Source of the DNA: Flavobacteriaceae bacterium | GTDB lineage: Bacteria; Bacteroidota; Bacteroidia; Flavobacteriales; Flavobacteriaceae | Length of the DNA stretch: 64,000 nucleotides | Reading direction: 5' to 3' | NCBI GenBank assembly: GCA_029265595.1 | Contig: JAJUIC010000002.1 | Coordinates: 3,521 to 67,520 of the forward strand | Notes under the pieces: model-generated | What the model was told of the DNA's origin: nothing | Seen by the model: the letters and a program-made list of their open reading frames with translations, nothing else | The model's database searches: none | Shown here: one piece after another, positions 1-9,594 of the stretch | Numbering within the stretch: the stretch's first letter is position 1 | Layout: every line of letters begins with the position of its first letter | Translations under genes and position numbers: made by a program

Positions 1-36
1 CTCAAAGAAGCATTAAAACAATACAAGGCTGGATGA
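1..36 (+). CDS. 3' end of upstream gene (partial; LKEALKQYKAG*), possibly a PLP-dependent aminotransferase
   Basis: Open frame from base 1 ends at TGA 34-36, overlapping the murB ATG (ATGA). The product guess rests only on recalled flavobacterial synteny. Confidence 0.45.
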   Translation, partial: LKEALKQYKAG

Positions 37-1046
37 AGTCCCTTTCAAATGTTTCACTAAAGGATTTCAACACCTTTGGGGTGGATGTTAAGGCAAAACA
101 ATTGATCTCCGTAACCAGTGAACAGGAGTTGCTCAGGGTTTTAAAAGACTTTTACGCTGAAGAGTTGTTTATCCTTGGAGGAGGAAGTAATATGCTTCTT
201 ACCCGGGATTTGGATAAAACAGTACTCCACATTAACCTGACTGGAATCCATATTCTGAGTGAAACCGAAAATGAAGTTTTGATAGAAGCTGGTGCCGGCG
301 AAAACTGGCACCAGTTTGTTATGTGGTGTGTTGACAGAAACTTTGGGGGGCTGGAAAATCTTTCCCTCATCCCGGGAAATGTCGGCACCAGTCCCATACA
401 AAATATCGGAGCCTACGGGGTGGAACTAAAAGACAGATTCCACTCCTGTGAGGCTATTCACATCCAAACTCTTGAAAAGAAGACTTTTCATCTTGAAGAC
501 TGTGAATTCGGCTACCGAGACTCCGTTTTCAAAGGACCCTTGAAGGATCAGTACATTATTACCAAGGTGGTATTCCGACTCACTAAAAACCACCACAGCC
601 TCATTACTTCCTATGGCGCCATAAAGCAAGAATTGTACAGCAAAGGGATTAAGGCCCTGGGAATCAGGGAAATTTCCGATGCCGTGATTTCTATCCGGCA
701 ATCGAAACTGCCGGATCCCAGAAAGCTCGGAAACAGTGGGAGCTTCTTTAAAAACCCCATCATCAGCGAAGAAAAATTTAAGAAATTACAGAAAAACTAC
801 CCTGATGTACCCCATTATCCGCTGGCAAATGGCGATTTCAAGGTCCCGGGAGGCTGGCTGATAGAAAAAGCTGGCCTAAAGGGTTTTCGAAAAGGAGATG
901 CAGGGGTACATGAGAAACAGGCCCTGGTACTGGTTAATTACGGGAGGGCCAGCGGACAGGAAATTCTTTCTCTAGCCAAAATGATTCAGAAAAAGGTAAA
1001 AGAAAAGTTCGCCATAACCCTTCAACCTGAGGTCAACATTTTCTAA
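33..1046 (+). CDS. murB: UDP-N-acetylenolpyruvoylglucosamine reductase
   Basis: GGGSN, LIPGNVG..PIQNIGAYG, GNSGSFFKNP, HEKQALVLVN and C-terminal LQPEV motifs. Confidence 0.97.
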   Translation: MKSLSNVSLKDFNTFGVDVKAKQLISVTSEQELLRVLKDFYAEELFILGGGSNMLLTRDLDKTVLHINLTGIHILSETENEVLIEAGAGENWHQFVMWCVDRNFGGLENLSLIPGNVGTSPIQNIGAYGVELKDRFHSCEAIHIQTLEKKTFHLEDCEFGYRDSVFKGPLKDQYIITKVVFRLTKNHHSLITSYGAIKQELYSKGIKALGIREISDAVISIRQSKLPDPRKLGNSGSFFKNPIISEEKFKKLQKNYPDVPHYPLANGDFKVPGGWLIEKAGLKGFRKGDAGVHEKQALVLVNYGRASGQEILSLAKMIQKKVKEKFAITLQPEVNIF

Positions 1047-1125
1047 AAAACAAAGCTGTCTCCGAAGACCGATTACCTGCGGGTCTTTAGGCCGTTGGTA
1101 ACCTTTCTACAGAAACAGCTTTTTC
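1045..1125 (-). terminator. Extended hairpin/terminator between convergent murB and the fasciclin gene
   Basis: Outer stem 1052-1064 / 1110-1122 (G-U pairs on the minus strand), inner AAGACC/GGTCTT stem, A/T runs on both sides. Confidence 0.6.
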
Positions 1126-1160
1126 TTTTGGGCTGGGTGCCGGAACACACCAACAAGCAT

Positions 1161-1871
1161 TTATTCCTCTACTGCAACCCGTTGGCCTTGTTTAGCGGAA
1201 TTCACCTTTCCAGTTATTCCATCGGTCATCTGGTTGTTCATTTGCTGCCCTTCGCGCATAGGTCTGAGAACCCCGTCAATTACATGTACAATACCATTAA
1301 AGGCTTCGTCGTACGTCTCCACGATGGTGGCTTCATTACCCACGGCGTCTTTTAAAACAATATCCTCTCCCTTCAAAGCCACGGTGATTTCATCACCCTG
1401 CAAAGTAGCCAGGGTATATTCACCATTGGCTCTTTCGACTTCTGTTCGAAGTTCCGCCTCCGTCAGTTCATCTTCCACGACCAAATATTCCAGAGAGGCT
1501 ATCGGATCGGCATTGGCATCATTGCGATCCTGATCGGAAAGTTCATCATAGGCAGCATCCTCAGGAGCAAATACCGTATAGGGACCTTCTCCCATATCCA
1601 GCGTTTGCGTAGCCTCTTGAGTATTCAGGTTTTGCGAAAAACTTGTCAGATCCTCATTGTCCCGGGCAATGTCAAACACACTGGTCTCATCATTGGCAGT
1701 CATAGCGTTACGGGTCATTTCTCCATCTTGCATCCTTTGGCTATTCATCTCAGAATCGGTATCTCCCATGCTATTCATCGGCTGATTTTGCCGATTGTTA
1801 TCCTGGCATGCGACCAGGGCAAAAACAGCAAAAGCAAGGAAGGAACCCATTAAAAATCTCCTCGTTTTCAT
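1161..1871 (-). CDS. Fasciclin (FAS1) domain lipoprotein
   Basis: Lipobox LVA-C; FAS1 motifs GPYTVFAPEDAAY and NGIVHVIDGVL; Met/Gln-rich linker. Confidence 0.88.
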   Translation of the reverse strand: MKTRRFLMGSFLAFAVFALVACQDNNRQNQPMNSMGDTDSEMNSQRMQDGEMTRNAMTANDETSVFDIARDNEDLTSFSQNLNTQEATQTLDMGEGPYTVFAPEDAAYDELSDQDRNDANADPIASLEYLVVEDELTEAELRTEVERANGEYTLATLQGDEITVALKGEDIVLKDAVGNEATIVETYDEAFNGIVHVIDGVLRPMREGQQMNNQMTDGITGKVNSAKQGQRVAVEE

Positions 1872-1942
1872 ACATTCCTATTTTTTTAGGTTACTGCATA
1901 CCAAGGTATTATGATAATTTCTTTCTACCTATTGCCAGGCGA

Positions 1943-1957
1943 TAAACTTGCGTTAAA
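1943..1957 (-). promoter_or_regulatory. Putative transcription-factor site TAAACTTGCGTTAAA
   Basis: 14/15 identical to 20864-20878; same orientation and similar distance to the downstream gene. Confidence 0.5.
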
Positions 1958-2027
1958 GAGTGTAAAGGTCGTACTAAGATTTGATGCTTTAATTCAGCCT
2001 AAAGTTTCTCCTTTGCTTTAAAATCTG

Positions 2028-2035
2028 TATTTTTG
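2028..2035 (+). promoter_or_regulatory. Bacteroidota sigma70 -7 element TATTTTTG
   Basis: Matches TAnnTTTG 16 nt upstream of ATG 2052. Confidence 0.65.
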
Positions 2036-2051
2036 CAGTAAATATTGAGCC

Positions 2052-2261
2052 ATGAAATTACTTCTTATAACTATAGTTTTACTTGCATTAGCCTTCGCAG
2101 GTATTGCCATTAAAATATGGGCAAAAAAAGACGGTCAGTTCAGTGGAACCTGTGCAAGTCAAAATCCTTATTTGAACCAGAGTGGCGAAGCCTGCAGCTA
2201 TTGTGGGAAAATGCCAGAAGAACAAGTTGATTGTAGCGATTCCTCAACTGCTCGATCATAA
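2052..2261 (+). CDS. Small single-TM protein with 4-Cys tail (NqrM-like architecture)
   Basis: Hydrophobic N-terminal helix, then GTC...CSYC...C; promoter box directly upstream. Confidence 0.8.
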   Translation: MKLLLITIVLLALAFAGIAIKIWAKKDGQFSGTCASQNPYLNQSGEACSYCGKMPEEQVDCSDSSTARS

Positions 2262-2270
2262 AGCCCCTGC

Positions 2271-3371
2271 ATGCTCGTCTTCCTTTATCTGTTTCTGGGG
2301 AGCAGTGTGCTCAATTTTATCTACTTCATATTCTTTTTGAAGTTTAGCCTTAAGAGCAGTTCAGGAACAACGACCACCTTTTCCCAACCGGTATCCGTAA
2401 TTATCTATTCCAAAAACCAGGCAGATTATTTACGGCAGGTTCTTCCTCAATTTCAAAATCAGTCCTACCCGGAATTCGAACTCATCCTGATCAACGACGC
2501 CTCTATAGATGAGACGCTTGATGTCATGGAAGCCTTCCAGCAGACGGATTCGCGCATTGGCATTGTCAATGTCCAAAACAACGAGGCATTCTGGGGCAAT
2601 AAGAAATATGCGCTTACCTTAGGCATTAAAAAAGCCAGGTACGCCCATTTACTTTTTACCCGGGCAGATACTCAACCCGATTCAGAGAACTGGATTCGTG
2701 AAATGAGCGCTTCATTTGCCAGTGGTAAAAGTATCGTTATTGGATACAGCGGTTTTCAAAAAACCAAAGGATCCCTATTCAATAAAATGATGCGATTCGA
2801 CGGCCTGCTGGGTGCCATTGAATGCTTTTCTCAGGCCCTCTGGAATAATCCCTATTCAGGGACAGGCAGAAACCTTGGCTATACCACAGATCACTTCTAT
2901 CGGATCAATGGTTTTGCCAGGCACTTGCACATTTCCGGGGGCGAGGATATGCTATTCATTAACGAGGCTTCGGATGGTCAAAACACGGCAGTTTGTTACA
3001 CAGAAGATGCGCTATTGCGGCATGCTCCTCCCAAAACATTCTCAGAATGGTTTTACCAAAAAAGAAGGGAGTGGTTCATCGCCCATAATTTCAAATTGAA
3101 GCATCGGATCCTTCTGGGAACATTCAAAGTCTCTCAGATGTTGTTCTGGTTGTTTTTTTTCACCCTTGTTGTGGGTCCCTACTGGATGTGGGCCGCCAGT
3201 GTATTGGCAGTCCGCCTCCTCCTCCAGGCAGTCGTTTACTATGGTGCCGCCAAAAAATTAAAGGAAACGGACGTAATTTGGATGTTTCCCCTGATGGAAC
3301 TGTTTTTAGTCTGCATCCAAATCGGTATCTTTATGTCCAATATTTTTTCAAAGCCTACTCATTGGAAATAA
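2271..3371 (+). CDS. Membrane-bound glycosyltransferase family 2 protein (degenerate DxD)
   Basis: VSVII..KN, ILINDAS.D, GNKKYALTLGI, GRNLGY, QKRR motifs; N- and C-terminal TM helices. Confidence 0.88.
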   Translation: MLVFLYLFLGSSVLNFIYFIFFLKFSLKSSSGTTTTFSQPVSVIIYSKNQADYLRQVLPQFQNQSYPEFELILINDASIDETLDVMEAFQQTDSRIGIVNVQNNEAFWGNKKYALTLGIKKARYAHLLFTRADTQPDSENWIREMSASFASGKSIVIGYSGFQKTKGSLFNKMMRFDGLLGAIECFSQALWNNPYSGTGRNLGYTTDHFYRINGFARHLHISGGEDMLFINEASDGQNTAVCYTEDALLRHAPPKTFSEWFYQKRREWFIAHNFKLKHRILLGTFKVSQMLFWLFFFTLVVGPYWMWAASVLAVRLLLQAVVYYGAAKKLKETDVIWMFPLMELFLVCIQIGIFMSNIFSKPTHWK

Positions 3372-3931
3372 ACCCGGATCACCTGAAAGAGCATCTCGAC
3401 AAGGCAAAAGAGGGAAATCAAGCCTCCTACAACTACCTGCTCAATCGCTTTTGGAATGATGTGTATAGCTTTCAGCTCAAGCGAACCCGCAACGAACATG
3501 AAGCGGAAGATATTAGTATTCGCACCTTTTCCCGTGCTTTCGACCGTCTCGAGACCTATGACCCCAACTACTCCTTCAAGACCTGGCTGATTACCATCTC
3601 CAAAAACCTGCACATTGACCTTATAAGAAAAAGAGGATCATCGCTTCAATGGCAATCGACCTCTGATCAGGACGATCAGGTTTTCAGTATTGCTGATGAT
3701 GCTCCCACAGCAGAAGACACTCTTATTACAGAGCAAAATCTTGCACAGCTCTTACAGGATATCAAAAAATTAAAACCTCATTACCAGGAAGTCATTCACC
3801 TTCGCTACTTCCAGGAGTTACAGTATAAGGAAATCGCCTCGGTGCTTGGGGAATCTATTAACAATGTCAAAGTAAAGCTACTCAGAGCCAGAAAACTACT
3901 GGCAGAAATCATAGAGGAGCGTAATCCCTGA
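3362..3931 (+). CDS. ECF-type RNA polymerase sigma-70 factor
   Basis: Region 2 (EAEDISIRTFSRAF..FKTWLITISKN) and region 4 (LQYKEIASVLG..VKVKLLRARK). TTG start at 3362 preferred over the track's 3188. Confidence 0.92.
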   Translation: MEINPDHLKEHLDKAKEGNQASYNYLLNRFWNDVYSFQLKRTRNEHEAEDISIRTFSRAFDRLETYDPNYSFKTWLITISKNLHIDLIRKRGSSLQWQSTSDQDDQVFSIADDAPTAEDTLITEQNLAQLLQDIKKLKPHYQEVIHLRYFQELQYKEIASVLGESINNVKVKLLRARKLLAEIIEERNP

Positions 3932-4030
3932 GATTCCTCCGACCCACAGCGGTTCCCGGGTAGAGTGCTGCGCTCTGAAGTTTGGGCGCTTCTTTTCATT
4001 TATCGTATCTTTGGCCTATTAAAAGCTGTT

Positions 4031-4900
4031 ATGGAAACAAAGACGCTCCCCACGAAAAAGACCCCTAAACCCAAATGGTTACGGGTGAAACTTCCCACAG
4101 GAAAGAAATATACGGAATTACGCGGTCTGGTAGACAAATACAACCTGCACACCATATGTACCTCCGGTAGTTGCCCTAACATGGGGGAATGTTGGGGAGA
4201 AGGTACGGCCACATTTATGATATTGGGTAATATTTGCACCCGTTCATGTGGTTTTTGTGGGGTAAAAACTGGCAGACCTGAATCATTGGATTGGGATGAG
4301 CCTGAAAAGGTGGCTCGCTCCATAAAATTAATGAAAATCAAGCACGCCGTAATCACCAGTGTGGATCGGGATGATATCAAAGATATGGGTTCCATTATGT
4401 GGGCTGAAACCGTCAAGGCCATCCGCCGCATGAATCCTGAAACCACTCTGGAAACACTGATCCCCGATTTTCAGGGAGTTGAAAGAAACATTGACAGGAT
4501 TATTGAAGTAAAACCTGAAATCGTCTCACACAATATGGAGACGGTTAAAAGATTGACGCGGGAAGTAAGAATTCAGGCGAAATATGAGAGAAGTCTGCAG
4601 GTATTAAAGTATCTGAAAGACAACGGAATCAACAGAACGAAATCCGGAATCATGCTGGGTCTGGGAGAAAAAGAAGAAGAAGTCATCCAGACCCTTAAAG
4701 ATCTAAGGTCTGTGGATCTTGATGTAGTTACTATCGGGCAGTATCTACAACCCAGCAAACAGCATTTGGCGGTGAAGGAATTCATTACTCCCGAACAATT
4801 CAAAAAGTATGAGACCATTGGACTTGAACTGGGATTCCGTCACGTTGAAAGCGGAGCCCTGGTGCGGTCTTCCTATAAGGCTCAGAAACATCTTACCTAG
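4031..4900 (+). CDS. lipA: Lipoyl synthase
   Basis: [12 protein letters not shown] and CTRSCGFC motifs, C-terminal VRSSY; -7 box TATCTTTG at 4006-4013 supports ATG 4031. Confidence 0.97.
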   Translation: METKTLPTKKTPKPKWLRVKLPTGKKYTELRGLVDKYNLHTICTSGSCPNMGECWGEGTATFMILGNICTRSCGFCGVKTGRPESLDWDEPEKVARSIKLMKIKHAVITSVDRDDIKDMGSIMWAETVKAIRRMNPETTLETLIPDFQGVERNIDRIIEVKPEIVSHNMETVKRLTREVRIQAKYERSLQVLKYLKDNGINRTKSGIMLGLGEKEEEVIQTLKDLRSVDLDVVTIGQYLQPSKQHLAVKEFITPEQFKKYETIGLELGFRHVESGALVRSSYKAQKHLT

Positions 4901-4921
4901 CATTTAGTTCCTCAATTGCGG

Positions 4922-5929
4922 ATGAAGCAAAACAAAATAAAAATCGGCATCAACGGATTCGGAAGAATCGGAAGGAACTTATTTCGCTTACTGCTGGATC
5001 ATCCTTTCATCCAGGTAGCTGCGATCAATGACCTGGCCGATGCACCCACTTTGGCCCACCTTCTAAAATACGATAGTATCCATGGAAGGCTGGAAAGGGA
5101 GATAAAAGCTATTGACTCATCCATTCATGTGAATGGACTCGGCGTTCCTGTCTTGAACATTCCTTCCCCGGAGGATATTCCATGGTCCGACCATCAGGTT
5201 GAATTAGTGGTGGAATCTACTGGCAAGTTTAAAACCCGCGATAGCCTCAGGGGTCACATCAGGGGCAGTGTTAAAAAGGTTTTGCTATCTGTTCCTCCTC
5301 AGGATGAATCTATAAAAATGATCGTCAAAGGTGTCAATGACCACATCCTCACGGGCGAGGAAGATATCGTCTCCAATGCTTCGTGTACCACCAATAATGC
5401 GGCCCCAATGATTAAAGTCCTGGACAACCTTCTGGGAATACAGCAGGCTTTCATCACAACGGTGCATTCGTTCACTACGGATCAGAGCCTTCACGACCAA
5501 CCGCATCGAGATTTGCGTCGGGCCCGAGCCGCATCGCAATCCATCATTCCAACTACCACAGGAGCTGCCAAAGCCCTGACCAAAATTTTTCCTCACCTGA
5601 GTGAAGCAATAGGCGGGGGTGGAATCCGGGTCCCGGTTCCAAATGGCTCCTTAACCGACGTGACTCTGAAGGTAAAACGAGCAACCACCATCGAGGAAGT
5701 GAACGCAGCTTTTAAAGAGGCTTCTGAAACATCCTTGACTCAAATTGTCCAATACACGGAGGATCCCTTAGTTTCTGTAGATATTCTCGGGAACCGCCAC
5801 TCCTGTGTGTTCGATGCCCAAATGACCTCTGTGATAGGCGGGGACCTGGTCAAAGTAATCGGATGGTATGACAACGAAATTGGTTATTCCAGCAGACTTA
5901 TCGATATCATTTCCCTGATTCACCGATAG
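4922..5929 (+). CDS. gap: Type I glyceraldehyde-3-phosphate dehydrogenase family protein (GAPDH/Epd paralog)
   Basis: INGFGRIGR, SNASCTTN, RRARAA, WYDNE motifs. Confidence 0.9.
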   Translation: MKQNKIKIGINGFGRIGRNLFRLLLDHPFIQVAAINDLADAPTLAHLLKYDSIHGRLEREIKAIDSSIHVNGLGVPVLNIPSPEDIPWSDHQVELVVESTGKFKTRDSLRGHIRGSVKKVLLSVPPQDESIKMIVKGVNDHILTGEEDIVSNASCTTNNAAPMIKVLDNLLGIQQAFITTVHSFTTDQSLHDQPHRDLRRARAASQSIIPTTTGAAKALTKIFPHLSEAIGGGGIRVPVPNGSLTDVTLKVKRATTIEEVNAAFKEASETSLTQIVQYTEDPLVSVDILGNRHSCVFDAQMTSVIGGDLVKVIGWYDNEIGYSSRLIDIISLIHR

Positions 5930-6216
5930 CGGGTAGGCTATGTTGTTCCCTTGTAGATAATCCCATAAGTCAGATCAATAACCCACCTCTGGCGTTCAGG
6001 AGATTTTTTTACAGAAAACCGGCATCTCCGGCAATACAACATATTTTCAAAAAAACCCATTTAAGCCTCCTAAATCTGTGTAAAATTCAGCGAAATTGCA
6101 TTAATTTGTATATGGAAAAAGTGAGTTTATAGTTCAAGGCCCTCCTTAGCGAGGAATGTGTTTAACATTTTAAGAATTTTAAATAACTATCTTTAGCCCC
6201 AGGTAATCCTACCAAA

Positions 6217-8445
6217 ATGAAAAGAATTCTACTTGGTTTAATCGTTTGCTTTTGCACACTTGCCGCCACAGTTCTTGAGGCCCGCCCGCCTCAGGAAAGG
6301 GACGAAATGAATGCAAAGATAGAGCAGTTTCTAAGCGAAGCTGAGGAAGCGATCAATAAAGTAGATTTCGATGAAGCTCATAATCTGCTCAATACGGCCC
6401 TGGACCTCTCCCGTAGTATCGATCATCAACGTTATATCGCACTCTCCAGTAGCATACTGGGACAATTATATTACGTCCGACATGATTACGAAAAAGCCGC
6501 TACGGAAATTCAACGGGCTGTGGCCATCCAAAGAAAAATTGAAGATAAATCCGGCCTGGCCTACAGCTATATCAATTACGCCAAGGTATTTATGGCAGAG
6601 GGGAATTTTGACCGTGCCAACGAATACCTGCTACTGGCAGAGGAGTTATATACGGGTCTGGATGAGAAGGAAAGCCTTGGGTTGGTTACCTTGAACAGAG
6701 GGATCTTAGCTGTAAATGTAGAAAGGAATCCTTCCAAAGCCCTGGAATTCTTCGAACAAGCCGATAAAATCCTGCATCAATCGGGAAACAAATACGAACT
6801 TGCACGCATGCATTATTACAGCGGTCGCGCCCATTTGATGCTGGAAAATTATGGACTGGCTCATGAAGAAGTACTGAAAAGCCTGGAGTTAGGGAAAGAA
6901 AACCGTTTTGCAAGTGTGCTATTGTCCTCCAATTCCCTCATGAGCACCATTCACGAGCGACGGGGAAATTATCAGGAGGCTCTGGCCTATATCAAGGCCA
7001 GTCAGCAGCTGAAAGATTCTATTTTTAACCTTAACAAAGAAGCCCTGGCAACCGATGCTGACGCACGGCACGGAGTAGACGCCATGAAGAGCAGTTTGAA
7101 TGAATTGAGTCGCCTGAATGCGGAACAGGAACGGACTTTAAAGGTCAATAAACTCACTACTATTCTCAGCGTAGCTCTGATTACCATTCTCTCCCTTCTC
7201 ACCTTGTCGCTGTATAAAAACAATAATTTGCGGGCCCGCGCCAATGACTTGCTGCAGAAAAAAAACACGGAACTCGTTACAGCTAAAGAAAATGCGGAGA
7301 ATGCCTCTATGGCAAAAGCTCAATTTCTTTCCACCATTACTCATGAGCTTCGGACACCCCTATACGCTGTGACGGGCCTGACGCATCTGCTGCTTGAGGA
7401 AAGTCCTACTCCCAATCAGAAAGAACATTTGAACTCCCTAAAATTCTCAGGAGAGTACCTTCTATCCCTTATCAATAACATCCTCGACCTCAATAAGCTA
7501 GAGGCGAACAAGGTGGAGCTTATGGAAACCTCTTTCGATTTAAAGAAAAGAATTTCCAATGTGCTGGTTGCATTAAAGAAATCAGCAGAAGATAAAAACA
7601 CAGCCTTACACCTGGAATTTGACGAGAGCATCCCGCAACAGATAAAAGGGGATCCTTTAAAAGTTTCCCAGGTCTTAATCAATCTAATTGGGAATTCCAT
7701 TAAGTTTACAGAGAACGGAGACATATGGGTAAAAGTCCGTAAAACCGGAGAACAGGAAAATCAGGTTCGACTGGAGTTTCAAATCCAGGATAACGGAGAA
7801 GGAATTTCCAAGGAAAATCAGCAACTCATTTTTGAAAACTTCACCCAGGGATCTGTAGAAATCAATCGTAAATTCGGTGGCACAGGCCTCGGTTTATCCA
7901 TCGTGAAGAATCTTCTGAAACTGATGGACAGTGAGATTCATCTTAAAAGCGAACTGGGAAAGGGATCCACTTTCTTCTTCGAACTCGCTTTTAATTTCGA
8001 CCCCTCAGACGAACTGCAAACGGCTCCGGAGGCTCCTGAACCAGAACACTATTCCACCCAAGTCCTAATGGGAAAAAATATTCTGGTGGTGGAAGACAAC
8101 AAGATCAACCAAATGATCACACGGAAGATTTTGGAAAAAAACGGAGTGATTTGTGAAGTTGCAGATGATGGTCAGATCGCGCTGGAAAAAGCCAAATCCA
8201 AACAGTATGATTTGATACTGATGGATATTCATATGCCCGGATTGAGCGGGATTGAAACTACCATCGAAATCCGGAAATTTAATCAGGAAATTCCCGTAAT
8301 TGCTTTAACGGCAGTCACTTTGGACGAAAGCCTGGATGAATTTTATCTAAACGGCTTCAACGACATTATTCCCAAACCATTTAAAACGGAGGAGTTCTTC
8401 CGGAAAATAACGAAGTATTTATCCCAACCAGAAGCGCTGGTATGA
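6217..8445 (+). CDS. TPR-repeat hybrid sensor histidine kinase/response regulator
   Basis: Signal peptide, TPR-like helices, TM, H-box THELRTPL, NLIGNSIKFT, GGTGLGL, receiver domain (ED..D..K). Confidence 0.93.
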   Translation: MKRILLGLIVCFCTLAATVLEARPPQERDEMNAKIEQFLSEAEEAINKVDFDEAHNLLNTALDLSRSIDHQRYIALSSSILGQLYYVRHDYEKAATEIQRAVAIQRKIEDKSGLAYSYINYAKVFMAEGNFDRANEYLLLAEELYTGLDEKESLGLVTLNRGILAVNVERNPSKALEFFEQADKILHQSGNKYELARMHYYSGRAHLMLENYGLAHEEVLKSLELGKENRFASVLLSSNSLMSTIHERRGNYQEALAYIKASQQLKDSIFNLNKEALATDADARHGVDAMKSSLNELSRLNAEQERTLKVNKLTTILSVALITILSLLTLSLYKNNNLRARANDLLQKKNTELVTAKENAENASMAKAQFLSTITHELRTPLYAVTGLTHLLLEESPTPNQKEHLNSLKFSGEYLLSLINNILDLNKLEANKVELMETSFDLKKRISNVLVALKKSAEDKNTALHLEFDESIPQQIKGDPLKVSQVLINLIGNSIKFTENGDIWVKVRKTGEQENQVRLEFQIQDNGEGISKENQQLIFENFTQGSVEINRKFGGTGLGLSIVKNLLKLMDSEIHLKSELGKGSTFFFELAFNFDPSDELQTAPEAPEPEHYSTQVLMGKNILVVEDNKINQMITRKILEKNGVICEVADDGQIALEKAKSKQYDLILMDIHMPGLSGIETTIEIRKFNQEIPVIALTAVTLDESLDEFYLNGFNDIIPKPFKTEEFFRKITKYLSQPEALV

Positions 8446-8519
8446 GATTTGGCATAGGCTTTGCATATCATGGTTCACACAGATTATTTGGGAACAGATG
8501 ATTTGAATTAGCCAAAGAT

Positions 8520-8552
8520 AAAAAATGAGACTCTCCACGGTCTCATTTTTTT
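8520..8552. terminator. Bidirectional intrinsic terminator
   Basis: AAAAATGAGAC...GTCTCATTTTT stem between convergent kinase and lpxK. Confidence 0.65.
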
Positions 8553-9550
8553 GTTACATACGCCATTACCCTTTCTTTGAAAACTTCTTCACTTTCCAGG
8601 AAATTTGTGGTGATAGGCAGGTAAAATAATTTCGAGGCGGGAATTTCCCCTACCAGTCTCATATAATCCTTTTCAGTGGTTAACACCCACTCTTTACTGC
8701 GAATGAGATCCAGTTCATTCTTTGAAAAATGATGGTGGTCCGGGAATTTCAGGTGTTCAAATTGAAGAACACTCGACAAATACGCAACCAGAGGTTGTGG
8801 GTTTGCTATCCCCGTTACCAGGGTTACCGCCTTTTGTGAAAATTCAGATAGATTCACAGCACCTGCCTGGCCATACACCTGCTTACTATATCCTATACCG
8901 GTAAAAAAAAGATCCTGCTTCTGGGTCAGTCCCAGACCATTGGAAATCCGATTCTTTTCCTCAGGAGCCATGTTCAGCGGACATTTTGTTACCACTATGA
9001 TGTCTGCCCGAATCCTACCACTTGAAGATTCCCGTAGATTTCCCGCTGGAAGCACCTCATCCTCGAAATATAAGTTGTCGTATGATGTCAACAGAATATT
9101 GAGACCAGCCTTGACTTTTCGATGCTGAAAGGCGTCATCCAGTACGATCACATCAGGGGGATTGGGAAGGTCCAACAGGTTCTCAATTCCCCGGGTTCGA
9201 ACTTCATCAACGGCCACTAGGATATCTGGAAATTTATTTTTGAACTGCAAGGGTTCATCCCCTACTTCATGCGCCTTCTCACTCCCCTGCACCAAACGAA
9301 AACCTTTGGTTGTCCTCTTATATCCTCTGCTCAGGGTGGCCACCGAAAACTGCTTCGATAAAAAAGTGATTAAAAATTCCACCATAGGGGATTTTCCTGT
9401 ACCTCCCACACTCAAATTCCCCACGCAGATTACGGGGAGGTCGAACTCCCGGGATTCCAGTATACCCTTATCGTACATCTTATTGCGCAAGCTCGTAACC
9501 GCCTGATAAAGCCAGGATAAAGGAAGGAGGAATTTTCTGAAGTTCTGCAT
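8543..9550 (-). CDS. lpxK: Tetraacyldisaccharide 4'-kinase
   Basis: VGNLSVGGTGKSP, SRGY, GDEP, LDDAFQH, TTEKD motifs. Confidence 0.96.
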   Translation of the reverse strand: MQNFRKFLLPLSWLYQAVTSLRNKMYDKGILESREFDLPVICVGNLSVGGTGKSPMVEFLITFLSKQFSVATLSRGYKRTTKGFRLVQGSEKAHEVGDEPLQFKNKFPDILVAVDEVRTRGIENLLDLPNPPDVIVLDDAFQHRKVKAGLNILLTSYDNLYFEDEVLPAGNLRESSSGRIRADIIVVTKCPLNMAPEEKNRISNGLGLTQKQDLFFTGIGYSKQVYGQAGAVNLSEFSQKAVTLVTGIANPQPLVAYLSSVLQFEHLKFPDHHHFSKNELDLIRSKEWVLTTEKDYMRLVGEIPASKLFYLPITTNFLESEEVFKERVMAYVTKK

Positions 9551-9594
9551 GAAAGCGAAAGTATAATATTATCTTTGAAATTAAACAGCTAATC

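Noticed and set aside
3188-3361. N-terminal extension of the ECF sigma with a poly-Pro stretch
   Set aside because: It lies inside the GT2 coding region in another frame; TTG 3362 gives a normal-length ECF sigma. The track's longer starts for purM, dnaB, the DMT transporter, the M1 peptidase, apt and lipA were trimmed for similar reasons.
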